Assembly (NCBI GenBank): GCA_964472085.1 | Contig: CAYYIW010000013.1 | Location: forward strand, 1,288 to 65,287 | DNA from: an uncultured Rikenellaceae bacterium | GTDB lineage: Bacteria; Bacteroidota; Bacteroidia; Bacteroidales; VadinHA17 | Direction: 5' to 3' | DNA: 64,000 nucleotides | Shown: piece by piece, positions 57,015 to 64,000 of the stretch | Numbering within the stretch: position 1 is the stretch's first letter | Layout of the letters: the number at the start of each line of letters is the position of its first letter | Translations under genes and position numbers: made by a program | The notes under the pieces: generated by a model | Database searches by the model: none | The model's input: the letters and a program-made list of their open reading frames with translations, nothing else | Told to the model about the DNA's origin: nothing

Positions 57015-58268
57015 ATGATCTTAGCTATTTCAACAGGCGGTACAATTTTATACAGCATTATTGTTTTCTTGTTAATAATATTAATGCTGGTCAGCGTTCT
57101 CATCATAGCCAAAGAGAAACTGGCCCCCAAAGGGGAAGTTAAAATGCAGATAAATGACCGTGAGTTTACAGTCTCTCCGGGATCGAATCTGCTCTCCACC
57201 CTTTCGGGTAATGATATATTTCTTCCTTCCGCCTGTGGTGGTGGCGGCACATGTGGTATGTGTAAATGCCAGGTAGTTGAGGGAGGTGGCTCTATTCTGC
57301 CTACCGAAACAGGCTTTTTTACCAGAAAGGAACAACAGAATCACTGGCGACTGGGTTGCCAGGTTAAGGTAAGGGAAAACATCCGTATAAAAGTCCCCGA
57401 AGCAGTGATGGGGATCAAAAAGTGGGAATGTGTGGTTATCTCCAACAGAAACGTGGCAACATTCATTAAGGAATTTGTGGTTAAGCTTCCGGAAGGGGAG
57501 GCCATGGATTTCACACCTGGTGGATATATCCAGATTGATGTTCCCAAATATGAAACAAGCTTCAGGGAATTCGATATAGAAGAGCAGTTCAGGAGCGACT
57601 GGGATAACTATAAGATGTGGGACCTGCGTGTTAAGAACAACGAAGAGACTTTCAGGGCTTATTCCATGGCTAACTATCCTGCTGAGAAAAACCTTATAAA
57701 GCTGAATATAAGAATTGCAACACCGCCATGGGATAATGTGAAAAAGCAGTTTAAGAATGTTCCTCCTGGTCTGTGTTCGTCATATATCTTCTCACGTAAA
57801 CCGGGCGATAAAGTAGAACTTTCAGGACCTTACGGGGAATTCCATATCAAAGATACCGATAATGAAATGGTCTATATAGGTGGAGGAGCAGGCATGGCAC
57901 CCCTGAGATCTCATATATTCCACCTGTTCCATACCCTTAAGACAAAAAGGAAAGTGTCATACTGGTATGGTGCAAGATCCTTAAGGGAAGTGTTTTATGA
58001 AGATGAGTTCAGATCCATCGAAAAAGACTTCCCCAACTTTACTTTTAACCTGGCTCTTTCAGAGCCTTTGCCTGAAGATAACTGGAAAGGGTATACAGGT
58101 TTCATTCACCAGGTGCTTTATGACAACTACCTGAGTAAACATGAAGAGCCGGAAGAAATTGAATATTATTTCTGTGGTCCGCCGCAAATGAATAATGCCG
58201 TGGTAAAAACTCTAGACGGGCTGGGAGTGCCAAATGAAAATATTTCGTTTGATGATTTTGGAATATGA
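57015..58268 (+). CDS. nqrF: Na+-NQR subunit F
   Basis: N-terminal TM, 2Fe-2S motif CGGGGTCGMCKC, RAYSMANY FAD site and GGGAGMAP NADH site. The ATG at 57015 is preferred over 56964. Confidence 0.9.
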   Translation: MILAISTGGTILYSIIVFLLIILMLVSVLIIAKEKLAPKGEVKMQINDREFTVSPGSNLLSTLSGNDIFLPSACGGGGTCGMCKCQVVEGGGSILPTETGFFTRKEQQNHWRLGCQVKVRENIRIKVPEAVMGIKKWECVVISNRNVATFIKEFVVKLPEGEAMDFTPGGYIQIDVPKYETSFREFDIEEQFRSDWDNYKMWDLRVKNNEETFRAYSMANYPAEKNLIKLNIRIATPPWDNVKKQFKNVPPGLCSSYIFSRKPGDKVELSGPYGEFHIKDTDNEMVYIGGGAGMAPLRSHIFHLFHTLKTKRKVSYWYGARSLREVFYEDEFRSIEKDFPNFTFNLALSEPLPEDNWKGYTGFIHQVLYDNYLSKHEEPEEIEYYFCGPPQMNNAVVKTLDGLGVPNENISFDDFGI

Positions 58269-59275
58269 TAAAAAAACTGTTACCGGTATCGCTGATTCTC
58301 TTAGCTCTTTTGATATCATGCAATGAGAAAAAAACTGAACTGGCCAGTTTCAAAGGGTTCACACAGGGGACAACATACAGTATTGTATACGAAAACAACA
58401 AGGATCTGGATGCACAGGACCTTAAAAATCAAGTAGAGAAAATACTGCACGATTTTGATATGTCCCTGTCGGTATATATTGACTCATCCATCATATCGAG
58501 GATAAACAGGAATGAGGATGCTGCTGTTGATACCTTCTTTACAGGTGTCTTTGATGAATCGGCCATGATATCAGCAATGACCAACGGTGCCTTTGATATA
58601 ACTGTTGGTCCCCTTGTTGATGCCTGGGGTTTCGGGCCCGACGGACGGAGGACTTTCAAGGCATCTGACCTCGACAGCCTTATGCAGCTGATTGGCATGT
58701 CGAAGGTGGCTCTGGTTAACGGTCATATAAAAAAAAGAGATCCCAGGATATCTCTTGATGTTAATGCTATCGCACAGGGCTATTCAGTAGATGTTGTATG
58801 CCGGTATTTTAACCACCTGGGCCTTAAGGATTACCTGGTAGAGATAGGCGGAGAAGTGAGGGCTGGAGGAACAAAGGACGGGGAGTTATGGAAAATAGGC
58901 ATTGACAAACCGGTAGACAATAATATGTTCCCTGGGGAGGATCTGCAGGCAGTAATAAAAATATCTGACAAAGCCCTGGCTACATCGGGTAATTACAGGA
59001 AGTTCTATATAGAGAACGGGATTAAATATTCTCACGAGATTGATCCCATTACCGGGTATCCTGCAAAAAATACTCTTCTTAGTGCAACCATTCTTGCTGA
59101 TAAGTGCGGCATCGCCGATGGACTGGCAACAGCCTGTATGGTCATGGGAACGCAAAAGTCAATTGATTTTATTAATGACCACCCTGAGTACAGTGCCTAT
59201 TTTGTCTATTCAGATGAGAAGGGAAATTTCAAAACATGGTTTTCCCCCGGCCTGAAGAAATACCTTGAAGAATAG
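58265..59275 (+). CDS. apbE: FAD:protein FMN transferase (flavin transferase for NqrB/NqrC), lipoprotein
   Basis: Lipobox LLALLISC and ApbE pattern (GTTYSIVY, DITVGPLVDAWGF, NAIAQGY, ALATSGNY). ATGA overlap with nqrF. Confidence 0.9.
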   Translation: MIKKLLPVSLILLALLISCNEKKTELASFKGFTQGTTYSIVYENNKDLDAQDLKNQVEKILHDFDMSLSVYIDSSIISRINRNEDAAVDTFFTGVFDESAMISAMTNGAFDITVGPLVDAWGFGPDGRRTFKASDLDSLMQLIGMSKVALVNGHIKKRDPRISLDVNAIAQGYSVDVVCRYFNHLGLKDYLVEIGGEVRAGGTKDGELWKIGIDKPVDNNMFPGEDLQAVIKISDKALATSGNYRKFYIENGIKYSHEIDPITGYPAKNTLLSATILADKCGIADGLATACMVMGTQKSIDFINDHPEYSAYFVYSDEKGNFKTWFSPGLKKYLEE

Positions 59276-59327
59276 TAATCGTTTAGTATACTTTATTGCC
59301 AGTGAAAGGTAAGTGAAGTCAGGGTCC

Positions 59328-59555
59328 CTATAGACTTTTAAGACTACATGATGAACATCCGGGGAAACCGTCGGTAGGATTGCATCCGATATCGGTCTGT
59401 TGAGCACATTTAATCCCTCTCTTACGCATTTCAGGGTTTCTGCTGATATGTGTTTCAGGGAACCTGCCCTGCGGCTTCAACAGGATACTGACACCAAATC
59501 CAATTCCTGCTATTGCAAGGAATATAACACTCAATATCACCAGCTTTACAAACAT
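59328..59555 (-). CDS. Small single-TM Cys-rich membrane protein (75 aa), candidate NqrM-like maturation factor
   Basis: MFVKLVILSVIFLAIAGIGFGVSILL TM, then four Cys in IKCAQQTDIGCNPTDGFPGCSSC. A purine-rich stretch precedes the ATG at 59555. The 112-aa track version adds an implausible N-terminus. Confidence 0.55.
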   Translation of the reverse strand: MFVKLVILSVIFLAIAGIGFGVSILLKPQGRFPETHISRNPEMRKRGIKCAQQTDIGCNPTDGFPGCSSCSLKSL

Positions 59556-59700
59556 TTTTCCTCTTTCCCTTCCTGTAATTTTATAATTTTCTTTTTGTGT
59601 CCGGAATATGCAATTCCGGCTGCCGGGTACAAAGATAACCATCATTTCGCAGTGTGAACTAAACAACCGGTAAAAATATTTGTTTAAAGTTAAAAGATCA

Positions 59701-59708
59701 TAATTTTG
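59701..59708 (+). promoter_or_regulatory. Candidate -7 box TAATTTTG upstream of the fused E1 gene
   Basis: Matches TAnnTTTG and ends 18 nt before the ATG at 59727, which implies a very short leader. Confidence 0.35.
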
Positions 59709-59726
59709 AATATTATTCAGATAATA

Positions 59727-62141
59727 ATGAAGCAGGAAACAAACGTATCAGACCTTAAAGCAGACAAGAAAGCAGTGCTGGCCGACTGGAGGCTGGCAAA
59801 CCTGAGCAGGGATCTAAGTGTAACCGGGAGGAGAGAAGTACTGACCGGGAAGGCCAAATTCGGTATATTTGGCGATGGCAAAGAGATAGTCCAGATAGCA
59901 ATGGCAAAGCAGTTCAGGGATGGAGACTGGCGATCGGGATATTACCGTGACCAGACCTGGATGATGGCAATGGGACTTTATGATTCATTGGAATTCTTTC
60001 ATCAGCTCTACGGTATCACAGACCGGAGTGTCCATCATGGAAGTGGGGGAAGGGTTTTTAATAATCACTTTTCAGTGCCAAATATAGATCCTGATGGAAC
60101 CTGGAGAGACCTTACCAAACAAAAGAACTCCTCAGCAGACATATCTCCGACCGCCGGACAGATGCCACGACTTCTGGGATTGGCATATGCGTCGAAACTG
60201 TTCCGTCAGAATAAAGACCTTCAGCAATATAAAACCCTGTCACTTAAGGGAAATGAAGTGGCATTCGGGGCGATAGGTGATGCCAGTACTTCAGAAGGCT
60301 ATTTCTGGGAAACAATAAATGCTGCCGGAGTCTTACAGGTCCCACTGGCAGTTTCTGTCTATGATGATGGTTACGGTATATCTGTACCGAAAAAATACCA
60401 GACTACCAAAGGCAGTATTTCTGAAATACTCAAGGGCTTTGAGGGAACAAAGAATAAACCTGGAATAAAGATATTCAGGGGGAAAGGCTGGGATTATCAA
60501 GGTCTGATAAAGATGTATGAAGAAGGAATAGCCGTTTGTCGTGAGACACATACCCCGGTTGTTTTTCATATCGAGGAAGTCACACAGCCACAGGGGCATT
60601 CAACATCCGGATCGCATGAGAGATACAAGAGTGAAGAAAGGCTAAAGTGGGAAGCTGAATTTGATCCTATCAGCAAGATGCGTGAATGGATCATTGAAAC
60701 AGGAATAGCTACTGCAGGTGAGCTTGATAAGCTGGCTGAGGAAGCCGAAGAAGAGACCAGGGCTTCAAGAAAGAAAAGCTGGGAAATGTTCCAGAGCCCT
60801 ATTAAGATAGAAAGGGATGCCCTGGTGAAGATTATAAGCGAACGTTCATGTTCCTGCATAGATCAGTATAAGGAAGATTCGGTGGATAAATTCACTGAAG
60901 ATCTTAAACAGGTTGTATCACCGATTCGAAAGGATAATTTTTCTACCGCACGTAAGATTCTGAGAAATGTATGCCAGAACTGTTTGAAGTCAGACAGCCT
61001 GAAGGATGATCTGAATGGTTGGCTGAAGAGAAATTTTGCGGATGCGGAAAAGAGTTATGATGCCTTCCTCTATAATGAAACCCCCGCCTCTGTAATGAAT
61101 GTCAAACCTGTTCCACCGGAATATTCGGAGAACTCACCGGAGGTCCCCGGGCGCCAGGTACTGCATGAAAATTTTAATGCACTATTTGAAAGGTATCCCA
61201 AGCTGGTGATCTTTGGCGAAGACACCGGTCATATCGGAGGTGTTAACCAGGCACTGGAAGGGTTGCAGAAAAAATTTGGTGAGTTGAGGATTACGGATAC
61301 CGGGATCAGGGAAGCAACAATTCTTGGCCAGGGAATAGGGCTTGCCTTGCGGGGATTACGTCCGATATCCGAGATACAGTATCTCGATTATCTTATGTAT
61401 GCTCTTCAGGTTCTGAGCGATGACCTGGCAACAACATATTACAGGACGGCAGGAAGAATGATCGCACCCCTGATCATCAGGACCCGCGGACACCGCCTGG
61501 AGGGTATGTGGCATTCAGGATCACCCATGAGTATGCTTATTAACTCTGTACGGGGAATATATGTTTGTTCTCCCAGGGATATGACACGGGCAGCGGGATT
61601 TTATAATACCCTGCTCGAAGGCAATGATCCTGCTATTGTAATTGAGCCCCTTAATGGCTACAGGCTTAAGGAAAGGCTACCAGATAATACCGGTGATTTT
61701 AAAATACCGCTTGGTATTCCTGAGATAATGAACAGTGGTACTGATATCACACTTGTTACTTACGGTTCTATAGTCAGGATAGCCATGGAGGCTGTAAAAC
61801 AGCTTGCTGCACATGATATTTCAGTGGAACTGATAGATGTGCAGACGCTTGTTCCCTTTGACAAGAACGGTGTAATACTGGAATCGGTGAAGAAGACCAA
61901 CAGGATTCTCTTCCTTGATGAGGATGTGCCCGGTGGCACAACGGCTTATATGATGCAGGAAGTAATGGAGACACAGGGGGCATGGAAATACCTCGACAGT
62001 TCACCAAAGACCCTTTCGGCAAAAGAACACAGGCCTGCCTATACCAGTGATGGTGATTATTTTTCCAAACCGAATGCCGAAGATATATTTGAGGCTGTTT
62101 ATGCAATTATGAATGAAGCTCAGCCTGCAAAATATGTCTAA
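59727..62141 (+). CDS. Fused alpha/beta E1 component of a 2-oxoacid (branched-chain-type) dehydrogenase, TPP-dependent
   Basis: The alpha-like half has GAIGDASTSEGYFWE. The beta/transketolase-like half has RITDTGIREATILGQGIGLALRGLRP and a C-terminal transketolase-C-like region. The ATG at 59727 is preferred over the TTG at 59706. Confidence 0.8.
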   Translation: MKQETNVSDLKADKKAVLADWRLANLSRDLSVTGRREVLTGKAKFGIFGDGKEIVQIAMAKQFRDGDWRSGYYRDQTWMMAMGLYDSLEFFHQLYGITDRSVHHGSGGRVFNNHFSVPNIDPDGTWRDLTKQKNSSADISPTAGQMPRLLGLAYASKLFRQNKDLQQYKTLSLKGNEVAFGAIGDASTSEGYFWETINAAGVLQVPLAVSVYDDGYGISVPKKYQTTKGSISEILKGFEGTKNKPGIKIFRGKGWDYQGLIKMYEEGIAVCRETHTPVVFHIEEVTQPQGHSTSGSHERYKSEERLKWEAEFDPISKMREWIIETGIATAGELDKLAEEAEEETRASRKKSWEMFQSPIKIERDALVKIISERSCSCIDQYKEDSVDKFTEDLKQVVSPIRKDNFSTARKILRNVCQNCLKSDSLKDDLNGWLKRNFADAEKSYDAFLYNETPASVMNVKPVPPEYSENSPEVPGRQVLHENFNALFERYPKLVIFGEDTGHIGGVNQALEGLQKKFGELRITDTGIREATILGQGIGLALRGLRPISEIQYLDYLMYALQVLSDDLATTYYRTAGRMIAPLIIRTRGHRLEGMWHSGSPMSMLINSVRGIYVCSPRDMTRAAGFYNTLLEGNDPAIVIEPLNGYRLKERLPDNTGDFKIPLGIPEIMNSGTDITLVTYGSIVRIAMEAVKQLAAHDISVELIDVQTLVPFDKNGVILESVKKTNRILFLDEDVPGGTTAYMMQEVMETQGAWKYLDSSPKTLSAKEHRPAYTSDGDYFSKPNAEDIFEAVYAIMNEAQPAKYV

Positions 62142-62228
62142 ACAGGCTTACACTATATGAATAACAGCATTGGGGCCGGGTATCATTTCTTCACGGCCGC
62201 TGTTCCATGTGTTAAAAAGGATATGAAG

Positions 62229-62259
62229 TCCCCCGGTCAGTTTTCCGGGGGAATTTTTT
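62229..62259 (+). terminator. Intrinsic terminator for the E1 gene
   Basis: Perfect 8-bp GC-rich stem TCCCCCGG/CCGGGGGA with an 8-nt loop, followed by A-T6. The stop codon of the convergent gene lies in the loop. Confidence 0.7.
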
Positions 62260-64000
62260 CATTCACACCGATAATCTTGAGTAGTTCCATGGCTGCTTCC
62301 CTTGGTCCGCTTGTTGCATATCCGGGTATGCCGAGCCTAGTCCGCATCTGTCCTACGAAGACCTCATGCTTGAAGAATGAGCGGAAATATTTTTCAGCTA
62401 TCTTATCATGAAGCTCCTTATATTCAGGAGGGCCAAAGATATTGGCAAAATATGAATGGACCAGTCCGCTGGATGTTGTCGTTCCCTTGCTCATAACAGC
62501 TCCCTCACTGAAGATGTCGAGAGCCCACTCCGGGGAATTGAATCTTTCTATTACAGGATGTTCGTCGTCGATCTCCTCGTAGTTATTGGCGTAAAGAATG
62601 TAATCGATCTTATGTCCGCTTGTAATAGTCTCAAAGCTTGTAACAGGCATAACAATACGGGCATTCACCTGGTTTGGGTTCATTATTATTGATCTGTCCA
62701 GGTGGCCGAATGCATATCCCGGCTGCAGGTCATCCAGGCGCAGGAATGCTCCTATCTCCGTGCCGAAACCAAGAGCATTTCCATTTTTGTCAAGTTCAAT
62801 AGATCCCATATCATCGGCTATGATGGTAAGGTCCCGTATATGTTTTTCTGCAAGTACCCTGAAAGCTTCCAGTGTCTCAGATTTCCCGGCCCCGGTATCC
62901 CCCATCATAAGAATAGTGGCCTCTTTGTCGCCCTGCAGGAGTATCTTGACCATAGCACCATGAAACGGCATATGCCCCGATTTTATTACTATGGAGTTAT
63001 GAAGCGTAAGGATCATCTTTTTAAGGTACCCGAAATACCCGAACTCAGGCCTGTTAGGTATGGCTCCGACAAAAATACCATTGTCATTATCCTCATAAAA
63101 GACTGTAGAATATGATGCAAGATCGTCCAGGGCTGTTCCGGGTACACCGTATATGAAGAGGGCATCCGGTTTCCTTCGTAGGTCCGAATCATCGGCAAGC
63201 TGGAACAGGTTACACATGGAGAAACCAAGCTCGAAGAAGTCCATGTGAAAATAGACCATTATGAACAGCTTACCTACCTTGGTCGGATAGCACAGCCATT
63301 CTTCAGGGTTTAGGTCAACAAGATCAATCGGATTCTGTGAGATCTTTTTGAAATGCCCCGTACGCTTGTTCATCGGTTGTTGTACGACCAGCGGAGGATA
63401 TATCAGCATCTGTCTAATAACAGGCAGTGCATTGAGTTTTTTATATTTTTCAGCTTTGTAGGCTACGTTCTTTGGTAATGAAATGACAGCCATCTCCGCA
63501 CCTGCCGGTATCTGCCTGTAAACCGTCGGATGTGTTCCTGTTATGTTTTCCTGGATATGGCGGTAAACCGTCCTTATAAGGTGCGTTAACTGCTCTATTG
63601 TCTCATTAAAGGTACGATAGGGCCTCTTATCAAGCCTGTCGCCCTGGGAATCATTTATAATAAACCTGTCGAAATGACGCCAGAAATCATACAGGTATTC
63701 CACAAAACTGTTAAGGTTTTCTGTATCCCGGAGAAATGTGACCGACCTGTCAAAAATATGAGGTACAAGATTACTCTCATATTTAACGAGTAATGTAAGG
63801 GTTTTTACGAGGTCATCAACAGAATCTCTGTTGTTATCACATTCGCTGAAAATACATAATAAAGGTGAGTTCTTTAATTTCAGCTTTTCCAGGCAAAGAT
63901 CAAGGACGATTCTGAACTTATCACTTGCCAGCAGTTCCTCCGGAGTCTCGCACATCCTCTCGCGGATGTTGAGAATAGCTTTGTTTCCAATAATACGTAA
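62237..64000 (-). CDS. Uncharacterised PEPCK/HprK-fold P-loop protein (possibly DUF4914-like), 5' end may lie outside window
   Basis: P-loop MMGDTGAGKSE (62876-62902) followed by IADDMGS...GFGTEIGAF, parallel to the kinase-1a/Asp/loop layout of HPr kinase and ATP-PEPCK. The frame stays open upstream of the first ATG (63955) to base 64000. Confidence 0.65.
   Translation of the reverse strand, partial: LRIIGNKAILNIRERMCETPEELLASDKFRIVLDLCLEKLKLKNSPLLCIFSECDNNRDSVDDLVKTLTLLVKYESNLVPHIFDRSVTFLRDTENLNSFVEYLYDFWRHFDRFIINDSQGDRLDKRPYRTFNETIEQLTHLIRTVYRHIQENITGTHPTVYRQIPAGAEMAVISLPKNVAYKAEKYKKLNALPVIRQMLIYPPLVVQQPMNKRTGHFKKISQNPIDLVDLNPEEWLCYPTKVGKLFIMVYFHMDFFELGFSMCNLFQLADDSDLRRKPDALFIYGVPGTALDDLASYSTVFYEDNDNGIFVGAIPNRPEFGYFGYLKKMILTLHNSIVIKSGHMPFHGAMVKILLQGDKEATILMMGDTGAGKSETLEAFRVLAEKHIRDLTIIADDMGSIELDKNGNALGFGTEIGAFLRLDDLQPGYAFGHLDRSIIMNPNQVNARIVMPVTSFETITSGHKIDYILYANNYEEIDDEHPVIERFNSPEWALDIFSEGAVMSKGTTTSSGLVHSYFANIFGPPEYKELHDKIAEKYFRSFFKHEVFVGQMRTRLGIPGYATSGPREAAMELLKIIGVNEKIPPEN

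Noticed and set aside
59556-59666. Longer 112-aa version of the small Cys-rich ORF
   Set aside because: The extra 37 residues (MFSSHCEMMVIFVPGSRNCIFRTQKENYKITGRERGK) precede the obvious signal-anchor and would swallow the likely promoter and leader. The inner ATG at 59555 has a purine-rich upstream stretch.
62157-62411. 84-aa plus-strand ORF downstream of the E1 gene
   Set aside because: It runs through the intrinsic terminator and overlaps the 3' end of the convergent PEPCK/HprK-like gene. It has no RBS-like or promoter signal and a low-complexity product.
1-64000. Scan for CRISPR arrays, tRNA/rRNA genes, prophage or transposon genes
   Set aside because: There are no regularly spaced direct repeats, no tRNA T-arm/acceptor-like sequences in any spacer, and no integrase, transposase or phage structural proteins among the translations. 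The window looks like core chromosome.

Overview
By gene content this is a dense, mostly housekeeping chromosomal segment of a Bacteroidota-type genome. The supporting signs are T9SS parts (a PorP/SprF protein and a type-B C-terminal sorting domain), the DUF6089-uppS-bamA-skp-skp-murI block, a Na+-NQR operon, and TAnnTTTG boxes upstream of many operons. I call about 62 protein genes and find no rRNA, tRNA, CRISPR array, integrase or transposase. Recognisable blocks: pth-hslR-rplY-prs translation/nucleotide genes; the envelope-biogenesis block; korAB (2-oxoacid:ferredoxin oxidoreductase); folE-queD; futalosine genes mqnB-mqnD; an ECF sigma / PKD-T9SS cargo / PorP-SprF cluster; a tungstate/molybdate ABC importer fused to a Moco biosynthesis operon (moeA-moaA-moaC-moaB/mogA); and nqrABCDEF-apbE. 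The best candidate for an undescribed system is at 24433-30863. It is two translationally coupled giant paralogs (1152 and 991 aa). Each combines a pseudo-receiver, a receiver-like domain, a PpsA/PPDK-type N-terminal ATP-grasp domain and a conserved unknown C-terminal domain. Neither has a recognisable phosphohistidine swivel or PEP-utilizer domain, and only the first carries an extra N-terminal sensor-like module. Secondary leads are an uncharacterised PEPCK/HprK-fold P-loop protein at the right edge, an ECF sigma coupled to a membrane-anchored T9SS type-B cargo, a small Cys-rich membrane protein next to apbE (possible NqrM analogue), a strand-specific long-range RNA helix upstream of murI, and an acyltransferase-SDR-VOC operon. 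All functional calls come from motif recognition by eye in the supplied translations. No database search was run.
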